From assembly GCA_030390025.1 (NCBI GenBank), contig CM059432.1, forward strand, positions 114,640,001 to 114,704,000: a DNA stretch of 64,000 nt, written 5' to 3'. The position numbers and the translations under genes were made by a program. The DNA is from Squalus acanthias (taxonomy: Eukaryota). The notes beneath the pieces were generated by a model, which made no database searches, had not been told where the DNA came from, and worked only from the letters and a program-made list of their open reading frames with translations. Positions 1 to 12,717 of this stretch are shown piece after piece. Every line of letters begins with the position of its first letter. Positions within the stretch are counted from its first letter, which is position 1.

Positions 1-615
1 CTCAGCTTTATTTTTTCAAGGAGAAAAAGAGACCCAGCCTGTTCATCCTTTCCTGATATGTATACCCTTGCATTTCTGGTATCATCCTTGTAAATCTTCT
101 CAGCACCCTCTCCAGTGCCTCTAAATCATTTTTATAATATGGCGACCAGAACTGTACACAGTACTCCAAGTGTGGTTTAACCAAGGTTCGATAGAGGTTG
201 AGCATAACTTCCCTACTTTTCAATTCTATAACTCTAGAAATAAACCCTAGTGCTTGGTTTGCTTTTTTATGGCCTTGTTAACCTGCGTCGCAACTTTTAG
301 TGATTTGTGTATTTGTACTCCTAGATCCCTTTGTTCCTCTACCCCACCTAGACTCGCACCCTCCAAGTGATAAGTGACCTCCCTATTCTTCCTACCAAAA
401 TGTAATACCTCACATTTATCTGTGTTGAACTTCATTTGCCAATAATATGCCCATTCTGCAAGTTTATTAATGTCCTCCTGTAACTTGTTGCAGTCCTCCT
501 CAGTATTGACTATCCCCGTCCCAATTTGGTGTCATCCGCAAATTTAGAAATTGTGTTTTTGATTCCCAAGTCTAAATTGTTAATGTAAATTGTGAACAGC
601 AGTGGTCCCAGCAGT
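1..615 (-). mobile_element. CR1 LINE ORF2 (RT C-terminal) fragment
   Basis: LYRTLVKPHLEYCVQFWSP and MKFNTDKCEVLHFG motifs; frameshifted. Confidence 0.9.
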
Positions 616-910
616 GCTGTGTCAAAGATGGCAGCAATAATCAAGGCATAATTGCAAACAGATAATATTTTTAACAGGACAAAAGCAAAACAAGGTTCAA
701 ATAAGAAAAATTCTTTGGAATTTAAATTGTTCTTTTACAAATCATTCAAAAAGCAATAAAGAATCGGGTACAAAAATCACTGCATTATAGTACCACTGCT
801 AACTGTGTGCAGCTTATTAAGTAGTTACAGTTAGTACCTCTCCCCACCCATTCCAATGAGGGAGATGAGACAGCCTCTTTAAACATTTGCAGCAACTAAT
901 TGTAATGTAC

Positions 911-979
911 CTTTCTGGGTGATGGGCAGTGCCATCATCAAAGCAAACACCGGGTACTCGCCTCTGCTGCCTAATCCGC
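911..979 (-). CDS. RIMS2: Probable RIMS2 cassette exon, 69 bp, phase 2-2
   Basis: Pyrimidine tract plus catcag acceptor, AAG|gtacat donor, open in the RIMS2 frame (RIRQQRRVPGVCFDDGTAHHPE). Homology not confirmed. Confidence 0.6.
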
Positions 980-1135
980 CTGATGATGAAGTACAAAAAT
1001 AAAAACCAGTGGCAATGCATTTAAAACAAAGGCATACAAAGATAAACCAAACACACAAAACAGAATAAAAGCAATAAATGATCAAAAATGGGATGTTTAT
1101 CACACTTTCAATTGCCAATATTATATATTTATACC

Positions 1136-1161
1136 ATATATATATATATATATATATATAA
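1136..1161. repeat. (TA)n microsatellite
   Basis: Direct read. Confidence 0.95.
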
Positions 1162-2020
1162 TAGCTATGAAGCAGGTATTTGTACTCAACATTTTTGCAC
1201 AATCAGGCTATTTGCCCAATATCACAAGATTCCCACTGTTATGTGTTGAGTTTTTTTTTCACAGAAAGGATTTTGGGATTTGAGTTAGGGTTAAACATTG
1301 TGTTTTAAAACAAAGTGAATTTATACAGGTTTAAAACCACTGGCTGGCAGGCATTGAAAATATGTATTGAAGCCAGAAGGGCCAATTTGTGGAATGCCAC
1401 AGATTATAGCCTATTTCAAATTTATACAATGAAGGTCAATGAACTCATCCTGAACCAGTTAGCCAGGATGCCACCCCCCCACCCCCCCCGCCATCCCATT
1501 CATTTTGAGAAAAGCAGGAGTTTTTCTCTTTAAACCCAGACCACAAGGGTGGAGGAAAACATCTGCAACACCCACATGGCATCAATACGTTTGATATTTC
1601 ATAAATAACTACCTAATTCTCTCCTTTTCATATGCCAGAAGAAATTTCAAGGGAGAAGCTGATAGTGGCAACATAGAATCTTGTTTTGTAATTGGTTTAC
1701 ATCAGAAATGCAAATCATCCTGTTTTATCACCGTCTGTTGCCTGCACTAAGGGGCAAATAAAATCATCTGTTGGTTAAAGATCATTCTTTCAACTTGCCT
1801 CAATCAGCAGACTCAGCAAGATATCATTGTTTCATTAGCTGCTTTAAATTCTTAACAAATGGAACAGTAGGTGTCCATGTAAGAATGATAATGTGGCAGT
1901 GTTAAAATATGTTACAGCACAAAGTGCTATACAGTGAAGTCAGTTCATGTGTTCAATAACCAATCTCAGTCATGCCAACATGGAGACATGCCACGATCAG
2001 GCAAAACACAGGGGACGAAT

Positions 2021-2949
2021 GGGGTAGAGGTGAGATTAAGGGCGAAGCGTTGGTTGCAGAACAGTATTGGAGCAAATTACTTGCCTATATTCTTACCTGG
2101 CAGGTGTGCACAGCACAGGGAGACCACAGAGGGGAAACTATTGGCTCGTAATTTCCGATAGGAGGCATCCTGCGTGCGGATGCCTCCTATCGGGAAAAAA
2201 TCTACACCCTTACCTGAGGGCTCCCGAGGTCCGGACTCTTCCACTTCTGGGCCTCTCCTGGTATGCGCGCGCAGAGGCCCAGGTATCCCAGGGGCGCAAG
2301 CGGTTCGCAAGCGTCCCTGGGATCACGTGGGCCAGGCGAGCCAATGGGAGAAGGGAATCCCCCTTCACACTTTTGACAGGTGGACCTGTCAAAAGTATGA
2401 ATGGGGATCACTGAAAAAAGACACTAAAACATTAAATAATTTTTTTTTTAAATCACGTTTTTAAAATGAGTTAAAATTACATTAAATTAAATATTTTAAA
2501 CAAAAATTTAACTTTTTGAAAAAAATAATTAAAGTTTTTTACGGGGCTAAAAATAAACTTACCTTTTTTTAAAGTATTTTTACATTATAAATGAGTGAAA
2601 ATTTTTTATTTTTTTACTTTTTTAAACTCTAATGCTGGTAAAAGCAGGCCTTACCAGGTGTAAGATTTTTAAAAGTTTTCAGCGGGCGGAGGTTCTGCAG
2701 AAAACGGAACTTTCTGCCCGCAGAGGCCCTTCTCCAGGGCAGGCGTGCGATCTGTCAAGAGGATTCTTGACAGATTGGAAATGCCGGTTTTCAGCGCATG
2801 CGCTTCGCATGCCTGAAACCGGCACTTGCGAGGTCCCTACAGCTCGTACATACCTGTAGGCATTGAAAATTATAGTCCATTATTTTTCTCTCCGTACGGA
2901 AAGAAAGAGTTCCCTATCCCTGCTGGTGATAAAATTAAAATAGGGCCCC
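2021..2949. mobile_element. Non-autonomous DNA transposon (Harbinger-type MITE-like), ends uncertain
   Basis: GC/CpG-rich arms around an AT-rich core, GGGGTAG start, internal TGTCAA..TTGACA hairpins also seen in other MITEs here. Confidence 0.5.
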
Positions 2950-4521
2950 TTATCTGTGACTTGCACTTCTCTTCCTTCATAGTATAAATCGCACCATAAC
3001 TGCACAGTATTGGTGAATTATCCACCACCTGACTTAAACAGTCGGGCAACAATGTTTTTTTCACTAATGCCTGATATATTAAGACAGTTGATAGGAGGGT
3101 TTCAGATTTAATTTTGAAACAGGCCCTTTTGGTGACCCTTTTGGTCCTTATCGATCTTTGCTTAAATTATAGCAAATGTTATTTTTTGTAACTACTATAT
3201 TAATTTGATTGCCATTTAGAAACTGCATAAACAGGAAAGTAAATTTCTTGTAAGCAGAATTTTATTTTAAAAAGCGACACAGGATTAGTTTTTAAACTGG
3301 GCTCTGAGGAATAGTTACACAAATCCTTGGATAAACCTATGTTCTATAAATAGCCTGAATGTGATGTTAAATCATTGCATTTTAGACAGTTAACTTTAAA
3401 AAGTGCAAAATGTTCTATGTATACAAGCTCCTATTAGAAAACAAAATCAATTCTAAACAGTGGATGTTTAGTTGAAAAAAACTCTAGATTAAACTCTGGC
3501 AAAAGTTTGAAGCAGAAAACTTAAAGTGATGGAGGAAAGATGTAATTTCAAATGCAATGTCACTAAGTAGTGTCACCGGCAATGTGCATGAGGCTAAGCA
3601 ATGCACAGACCTCACCCCAATAGCATTGATAATACCAGCTATGAGACAGCATAGTAATAGCAATCTATACCAGGAATCTCAAAACGTGTATTATTCTAAC
3701 CACTTATGGGTATTTCATCCCAACAGAAGTTCAGAATGACCTCGAGGTCTCACAATACCTGGCATCCTTTGCAGACATTCATGCTTGGTGCTCCAATCAA
3801 CACACTGTAGTTCCCACAAAATATGCAAGAAGCACATTCAAACCGAAGATTTAAATTTTCATCTTTCAATTCTAAAACTCATTTTGCAATGCAGGCTAAC
3901 ACTTTGCTTTTTAAAAGATACAAATAGCTCTTAGTATTGGCAGTAGCCCCAATAGCAAAAATATAATCTAAACCGTGTAATTTACAGTGTACATTCACTG
4001 ATCAACCATTGCCAGAAGCCTCTTTGAGCACTCTATTCAATAATGTGCACAGTATGCCATGATTTCTACACGTAATGAGATCAATTACAGCAATAAAGCT
4101 GATGACAATTTAACCTCCTTCCTCCATCTGGGGAAGAAAACCTGGAACACAGACAGGCCTTGGAAAATTGTACTTGACTGTGGATAAAGCAACAAATGTA
4201 TTCTGCACATTGGCATAATGATTAATGGTAAGAGACCATTTGAAAAAGATTATTTTAATAGTATCAATCAAGAATGAATGAATTAAATTTAAAATTGATT
4301 ATAACTGAACAGCAAGCTAAAATAAAGCGAACTAACTCGGAAACTATGGATGGCTGCTAAAACTGGATTTTTGTTTCTCCTGTAAGATCCCTTTATTTTC
4401 ATTTGTTAGTCTGGTATTATTAATTTAAAGTTCAGTTCTTTCTCCTTCACAGATATTGTTAAAAAGAAACACAGATGCTCAATGATTTTGTACCTCTTCC
4501 CTATAGTTGTCATGGGAGTAT

Positions 4522-4946
4522 TTTTTTTAATTCATTCTCAGGACGTGGGCATCGCTGCCCAGGCTGGTAATTATTGCCTATCCTTAGTTGCTCTAAAACT
4601 GCTAGGCCACTTCAGAGGGCTGTTAAGAGTCAACCACATGCAAGACAGACCAGGTAAGGACTGCAGGCCTCCTTCCCTAAAAGGACTTTAGTGAACCAGT
4701 TGGGTTTTTGCGACAATCTGATAGCTTCATGATATCTATTTACTGATACCATTTTTTTAAATTTCCATATTTAAAAAAAAACTGAATTCAAATTCTCAAA
4801 ATACCATGGTGGGATCTAGATTATCAGTCTAAGCCTCTGCATTACTAGTCCAGTAACATAACCACTACACTACCGTACCCATAACCACTACACTACCGTA
4901 CCCATAACCACTACACTACCGTACCCATAACCACTACACTACTGTA
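4522..4946 (-). mobile_element. tRNA-derived SINE with L2/Crack-type LINE tail
   Basis: Minus strand begins ggtacggtagtgtagtggttatgttactggactag (A-box-like); its 3' end resembles the tail of the LINE at 28720-28845. Confidence 0.65.
4857..4946. repeat. 23-bp tandem repeat, about 4 copies (cataaccactacactaccgtacc)
   Basis: Direct read; units start at 4857, 4880, 4903 and 4926. Confidence 0.95.
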
Positions 4947-7721
4947 TATGTTGGGCAATACTTCCACCTACAGTCACACAGTCCAGAGTCTAGACATCTC
5001 TCTGGCATCGGCAGATGTCAACAGGTTAATAATTCTTACAAATTCAGAACAATGTTGGTATTAGTACCTCTCAAGATCACTGTAAGCACTCTCAGAGTAT
5101 GTACGGTTCATCTTTTGGGAACGAAGTAACCTTATTGCATCTTCCCGATAGAGGGGATAAACTATATGGTTCATGCTGCTAAAAATAAAATAAAACAAAA
5201 TAAACATAACCACAATGAACATTAGAAAAAGGCAACATTGGATAGATAAAACTTGTAAGCAGAAAGTATTTTCACTGTATTACAACTACCGTACCACAGT
5301 ATATTGTTAAAGAAACTGACTTTATTTCATGCTGTATATTATATCCTTAGAATAAAATGCCAAACATGACTGGATGAGGAGTTGTAATGGGAGAAAATAT
5401 TTGAGTACCGCAAGTTAAGAGCAATAAACTCCGTGCGCAATTCTCCAATCCGCACTCCTATCAAATGAGGCTCAGTGCTGCAGGAGCAGCCTATTGAGTC
5501 CAGTTTCCAGTTTACAAAGGAAACAATTGCCCCTTGGATTACAGAAATGTACAGTATGTCTCCCATTGCAGACTGCAGCCCTTGCATTGTAACCTTGCTG
5601 GCTTCAGTAACACTCTTGTTTTAAATAGTTTACACCTACAGCCCTTTAAGTGACATCAATATTTGCAGAATATTTCTTGGGGAAAAAAATGAAAAACATC
5701 ATTGGGAAAAATACTGGTTTGTTGCTTTGTATAATTGGTTTACAACTGATTGTGGGTTAAGTTTTACACAGAATATCAGTTCTCAGCACACTAATGGTGA
5801 CACACTCAGCAAGCACACAAAGTCAATGTGTGATTATTTACGATCAAAGTTGCACATTTCTCTTGAACAACAATAACTTTCCCTATTTTCACCGATTTAC
5901 TTACCTTAGGCTTCAGCCTGAGAGTAACAGATATCCAGGAATGATTACATAAGGAATACTGGATGTCTGGGTTGTGATTACATAGACAAAGCATATTTTG
6001 GGAGTGATTAAGTAGAGCATAATAAATAAATAGAATAATTACCTGGAGAATAATTGATACTCTGGTGCAGTTACCCAGGGATTAATGGATACCTGGGAGA
6101 GATTACCTGAAGAGCAGCAGATGTCTGAAGATGGCTACAAGCAATTTAATGTTAAAGGTGTGTTTTTGTGAATCACAAAAGTAAAATTCAAATAGTTTTT
6201 TAATCCTAATCAGGTAATTATTCACCTGGTAAATATAAGCTGTAATACATGTGATTTCATTCTTCGTGTACCAGCAGCATTGGTCAGTGTGCTCAGGTTT
6301 CTCTATGTATGATGATATTCACAAGAGGGCTAATGATTATGGTGTTAGTACTGGAGGTTTACCAAGAAATAACATACAGTTTCCCAGTAATCATTGTACA
6401 TCAGTTTGAATTATTATCAAACTCCTCGGATTAGATTAATTTATGCCCCTTTTCCTTGGTATCTGCGGGTCTTCTGCCGAAGTTATGGTGGACGTGTGGA
6501 AGAATCCCTATGAAAATTCACCCCAGTAGTGTCACAAGGTAGTTGTTGTTTCTTCTTAATATATTAAATTTATGGGTGTTTTTATTCAGCTCTTGAGCTT
6601 GCACCTCAGTCTCAAAGCTAACTGCCAGCACATTTTGCACTGCTGAAAGATTGACAGTATTCTTTACATTTTTACTGCAAACTTAGTAATGAATAATAGG
6701 CAGTTGATTCCCGAGGAATTCAATGGAGTATACTTTATAAGGGATAATAAATTATTTTATGAAGCAGCTTGTGGATTTGGCTTCTAATTTTACAAGTGTA
6801 TTCGTCTATTTCCCTCTGGTTCGGAGAAGGAAGTGAAGAGCACACACTCTCAATAGGGAAGAAGCATTGCTCCAGAAAACCTTACTAAAATGACAAATGT
6901 GTGCAGGCAGAAATTTCTTAATGAGGCCAAACACCAGTGAGAACGAAGAAATAAATTATAGAAATGACTCTAAACAATGACGATTCATTCCATATTTTCA
7001 CATATGTAGGGAACACTGCATGGAAAATACAATTCACCAGTCAACAAAACATTTTGGCAAAATAATAACCAGTAACCTGAAGGAAACTTGAAGCACCACC
7101 ATTGAATAGACCAATGGAATACCTTTGCTTCACAATAGCAATAAAAGGGTTCATATTAAAGGATCCTTACAATCTCCGACTGTGGTAGAGTAGGAAGTAC
7201 TGGAACTCAGTACCTGTAATGGCGAAAAACAATGGCACAATGCTAGAAATAGAATGGAATCTCATTTGAAAATGTTGAACCCTTTTCCAGAATTGCTTCT
7301 GAATAGCTAGTTGAAGGCTTGTAAAAATGAGATTCTGGTTGAACCTTGAGCATGATTGTATACAAAAGGGCAAGCATCTCTAAATATTTTGTTTGTACTA
7401 CTTTCAATTCCTCAACAGAATTTAAAAATTGTGAAATAAATAAATAACAGAAACCACATCTACCAATACCAACTGGATCAGCCCAGTAAGGCACATAGAA
7501 ATAAATGCAGGCAGTTAGCTAAATCAAAAATAATGCAGAACGTGTTCAACAGTAACAGATTGTAAGAACATTTCAAACTAACAGTGACTTATTTAAGGCT
7601 GTATCGTTCTTTACAGCTGTGTTCCGTCACAAATTCAAGTTCTAATAAATCTAATCTTCAAGAGTGTTCAGAAAAATAAATTTTGCTAATGCTGTAAAAA
7701 AGGTATGTCTCAGTCGGTTTT

Positions 7722-8145
7722 GCAGTTGATGGCAGTTGTATTATCTCAATGCCAGTCGGTGGCATTCTTGCCTTAGAGTTGGAGGATGTGCGTTCAAGGA
7801 ATTAAGCATGTAATCTACCTGGTATTCCAGTGCAGTACTGAGGAAGCATTGCATTGTCAGAGGTGCCTTCTTTCAGATAATGTTAAATTGAGACCCCGTC
7901 TCCCGATTCAGGTAGAAGTAAGACCCCATGGCACTATTCAAGGTAACACAGGGAGTTCTCCAAGTGTCCAGGCTAACATTTTTCCCTCAACCAAGACCAT
8001 CAAAAGCAGATTATTCAGTCACTAATTTCATTTACTGTTACTATGAACATATAGCTGTGGCGTTTGTCTACAACAGTGACTACACTTCAAAAGTTAATTC
8101 ATTAGCTGTGAAATGTTTTAGGGTGTCTTGAGGACAGTAAAGATT
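7722..8145 (+). mobile_element. Degraded DeuSINE (SacSINE1-like)
   Basis: Colinear with the copy at 57083-57548 (cagtgcagtactgagg, ccatggcactatt, acaacagtgactacacttcaaaag). Confidence 0.7.
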
Positions 8146-8149
8146 TGAA

Positions 8150-8740
8150 GAGGATAGATCCATGGAGAATTCGAAGGTGACTGCATTGGTGGGAAGAGAA
8201 GCCTTTTCTGGAGGCACACGAGCTGTTTTCGGACTGCGAGGGCAGTTCCATGGAGCCAGATAACATATGATAGAGAAGAATGCCGTTATCAACTGTGTTG
8301 AACACCATGGGGAGACTGAGGAGGACAAGGAGGGATAGCGTAACGTAGGCCAGTCACAGAGGATGTCTTTTGTGACTTGACCAGTGTAGGTTGGTACTGT
8401 GAGCATGGAGGTAGTGGACAGAGGAGATTCAATGAAAAACTTCTGAGAGAGGCATGTTCAAGCACTTTAAGATTAGAGATGGGGCAGCAGTCGGAGCACG
8501 TCAAGGGTGGACTTTTTCAGGAGTGGGTGATGACTGGGGTTTTAAAAGGGAGAATGATGGTGTCTGATCAAGGGGAGTTTTTACAATGTCAGCAAGCATC
8601 AAGACCAGGAAAGGAAATGGAGTGGTTAGGAGTTGGGCAGGAAGAGGATCGAGAGAGCAGTAAAAAAGAAAGACTTGCATTTATATAGCGTATTTCATAA
8701 CCTGAGGATATCCCAAAGCGCTTTACATCGGATTAAGTAC
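8150..8740 (-). mobile_element. L2 LINE fragment followed by a SINE/L2 3' tail
   Basis: Minus-strand PISNL..LE-like L2 RT remnants; aaagacttgcatttatatagcg tail at about 8668-8690. Confidence 0.55.
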
Positions 8741-10575
8741 ATTAGCACATTATAATGAAGTACAGCAGGTGGGTCCCATGGAAAGGATAAGCTTGCAGCG
8801 GGGGGTGCGGGAAGGGGAGACGTGAACAAGCACACTTTCCATCAGGAGTCACTGGATAGCAACTAGGAGTCAGAACCATGGCTGATTTTTTTTCCCTCCC
8901 TACCAAGGCCAATCGAAACTGCACCAATTGAGGTGAATTAACTCAGCACGGTTTGAACGGAGGACCTTCCTGATTCGGATGGCTCAGTTCCAGTGCTAGC
9001 ATTGCATTAACTGAAAGCTCTGAATTTTACTTTTATCATCATTTTGATTTTGTGAGGGAATAAGCACACTGAAGAACACTCGTGAAACACCACACAAGAT
9101 TACAACTGTGAGTAAAATGACTGATACAGGAGAATGTTTTAATACTTTGTCAGAGAAAACTGGCTAGGAGAAGTTAATGAAGTGATAAGATTGCTGATTC
9201 AACCATGGGCTAACCATTATGTCTATGAATGTTAATTCAGTGCTTCACTCTGTTAGACTCAGCAACTCCTCCTACCCATTTCACTCATTCATGCCACCAG
9301 CACTCATTGTTAAAACAGCATTAAAAAAATATCAACAGAAAGAAATGGGCAAAAGAAACAGAACGTTAATCACAATTGTATAAATTGATTTTTAGTACTG
9401 GCTAGGGTCCCTCAATGAGTTTAATTGTGGTTACAGAGGATGATGCAAAGAACAAAAGCTGGTAGCCTCTACCACAGCACACAGAATTCTCTACCTACTT
9501 CACAGTTCTCTTGTTGCCACAATAAGGATTACATTTTACCATTGCCTGAATAAATAAATATCCCAGCAATCCCAAAATCCTATGATTTTGACCTATATTC
9601 ATGGACAAAATAACGCTCTTTAAAATTGCAGCAAGTCCATCAGTCTCTGAAAAGAGAATAAAGGTTAATGCCAGATTTATCACCACCTTTCTTTTATTCT
9701 TCTTTTCAGAAGCTGACTGACCTGCTTCGAATTTACAGCATTTTCTGTTCTAATTTCAGATTTCCAATGTTCATAGTTTTTCTTTTTATCTGCAGTGTTA
9801 TTTAAGTAATTCTGTACAACAAAAATAATCTTCTATAAAGATTAATTAGTCCTTGAAACCTCAATCACATCATTCCGACAGAAGTACACTGGACTCATTT
9901 ATTTTCAAGCTTAAGAAAAAAGAAAGAAAAAGAGATAAGTTCAAAATGAATCATAATTAGGGATGAGCAACCTGACCGGGTAGTCTGAAGTGTTCAAAAT
10001 TGTATCATTTGGATCTCTTGAGGGCTTAAATATTGCATTCAGGTACAAATATACTTTCAGTGGCCTGTCCCTTTTTAAAAATGATGTAGATGTTTCTCTG
10101 CACAAATGCATTACCATTTTCAGCTCTCCAAAACCTTCCACAATGTATAGTGGCTAGGCAGGTGGTAATTATATTTTCCATCATTACATTCATGATTAAT
10201 CTGTTGTTTGGCGCTCTATGTCAATGTTTCATTATGATCGAACAGGAGTAGGTCGTGTTTAATAATCCCTTGAGCTCTACCAGTGGGAATGTATCCGAGC
10301 GCCCAGGGTCCAACGTTGGAGGTGATATGTACACAAGTACAAATCGTTCTAATGTGATTTTGGCAGTCTAATGGTGCCTCTTTTCCATTGGGCCGCTAAA
10401 CCTTTTTAAATTTGAAACTTTTTTGACTTGGGAAATCCACTGCCTGGAGACTCCAGTTTCGAATCTAGAGTTTGACTTTATCCAGATGCTCATTCCTAGT
10501 CATAATGCCCATACATACATGCATACATAGTCACACATAATAAAAACACACCAACACACCCATGTTACAGTATAC

Positions 10576-10641
10576 CTGAAATCCTTGTGATGATGCTCGA
10601 TGGCATGACTGTGTCTGGACCGAGGTAGTGTAAGATACTGA
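10576..10641 (-). CDS. RIMS2: RIMS2 cassette exon, 66 bp, phase 2-2
   Basis: SQYLTLPRSRHSHAIEHHHKDF resembles the RIMS2 alternative exon (FLTLPRSR...HHHRD); gctgcag acceptor, gtatac donor; frame-preserving. Confidence 0.85.
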
Positions 10642-12603
10642 CTGCAGCGATGTGGGGGATAATGGAAAAGACAAATGTATGGCATTTGAAGAAAGGGGAC
10701 AGAGGTCAGCAGCACCAGTGAGCAGAAAAGAGAAGAAAATGGAGAGAAATATGATGAACAGTATGTGTGAGAAGGTTATAGTCTATAATTAAAAGCAAAG
10801 AGGAGCTTAAATGCTGCAAAATAATTTTTTAGTGAAGGCAATCTAGCAGCTTGGAACAATCAGTTCTTTATATGAAAGTTACTTTTAGTAACACTACATT
10901 TGTTTCAGTCACAGATTACATGACTAACACTACAATAAGCTCATGAGAAGCTTGCCTTCATGATGTTCTTTTAAACACAGGATCAGAAGTGAGAAAATCC
11001 AAGCCAACAAAGACGAGCCTAGATATACCTGGTTAATTGGCCTACAGCAAGGACACACCTGGAAATCTGAGCCCGATTCAGGGCTATTGTTTCTGGGATG
11101 GGAGAGAGGGGTTATTGCTGTTTTAAAAAATGTATTTATTTACCTTTCTACCCTATGTGAAGTCTCCATGTACCATATACCACCCCAGCCAAAATGATGG
11201 ATTGGAGGGAAACTTGTTCCCAGCTCACTATCTACGTTGGGTACAAAACGATGCATAACAACAGCCCAGGGTGATTGGCCCTCTGATTTTCACATCCTCC
11301 CTGTGCGGAAGTATGTGATGGTATCTCCCCTTGCTGGTATTATTAAGACCTGATCCTCACCATGTGCAGAGTTACAGTCACAAAGATATATCTTACCACT
11401 TTGTGACTTAGTGAGGTAGAGTTTCAGTGCATTACATCATGCGCAACACTGGGAGTTTCGAAAGAGGAAGGAGAAGAGGACACTCAATGAAGGATGCCAG
11501 ACAGCTCTACAAACTAAGAACCTGGGTCCTCGACAGGAAAAAGCCCAGGCATGCATCATGTGGGGGGCGGGGGAGGCGGTAGGAACAAGCATACAAAGGG
11601 GAAGGCCTGGGCCACTATGAAAACACAACTGCAAACAAGTAACATTAAAATTTCTTCCCCTACCCCCTACTCCAAACAACAACTATGCTTCCAATCCGAG
11701 AATATATTGGCCAACTTGAAATGGACAATTTGATTAAATCAATCACCAGCTATCAACAATTCTCTCTGAAACTGCTGACTTTTACCTGAAACAACAGCAA
11801 TTAGCCATTATTGCCTTGACTGGCTTTTGAGAGAATACCACATTTACCCGTTCCCTACACTGGAAGTAATGGCTGAAATTAATTAACGATCATCCTTGAC
11901 ACAATGAACAACATTTCAGTTTCTACAAAAAACAATAACGATAAGAAAGGCAAATACTCCACTATTCTGTGTAGTTATAGATTTAAAATTCTTTCAGGGG
12001 TACCAGATGAAAACACTGAAAGCTTAAGAAATTAAAGTGAATGCTGAATATCATGGTAATCTTAGAATCAAGGCAACATATCTGGTCATATACTACATCA
12101 CTTTGGATATCTGCAAGGCAAATTTAAATCAGAGTAAATCTGGTAGATCAGACAGACTGTATTTTCTAACTGCCATGTTCATGCCAATTTTAAACAAAAG
12201 ATATAGCAAAATTACTGCTTATCAACACTTTGAGGGTTGTGACTGCATTTAAAATAAACATTAGTAATGTTGCACTTTATTTTAGAAAAATAGTCAGTCC
12301 AGAGAGTCATGTTAATTAAGAAGAGGCCTGTGGTACTGCAAATTTTTCTGATTCTATTTTTTTTAATTCTTGCTATCAGAACTCTACACAAGATTAATTT
12401 TGAAGACATTATACAGGGCCAAAACATACACATCAACTTTGAAAGCTTCCAAGGATATTGAATACTTAAAGGACTGAAGCACTAAGCATTAGTTGCCCAC
12501 ACTAGATTATAACTATAACAATACAAGCTCATGTTGAGCTGGTTACACATTTAAAGATATCACAAACTTTCCTGAAAAACAACAGTTAACAACTTCTAAT
12601 TAC

Positions 12604-12717
12604 CTCTCCCTCTCTGGAGAATAGTGGTCATCCAGCGTCCTGTGTCTGTCCATTCGGCTGATAGTGTTGTACTGTTGAGGAGAACAGCGACTGCTTCGAG
12701 GACCCAGCTCTGAGCTT
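12604..12717 (-). CDS. RIMS2: RIMS2 coding exon, 114 bp, phase 2-2
   Basis: SSELGPRSSRCSPQQYNTISRMDRHRTLDDHYSPERE (RIMS2 YNTISRMDRHR..DDHYSP motif); ttttgcag acceptor, gtaatt donor. Confidence 0.93.

Noticed and set aside
4857..4946. CRISPR-like array
   Set aside because: Contiguous tandem units with no spacers, in eukaryotic DNA.
10150..10500. Additional RIMS2 exon in a coding-looking stretch
   Set aside because: The candidate acceptor at about 10496 gives an early in-frame stop and no recognisable RIM sequence.
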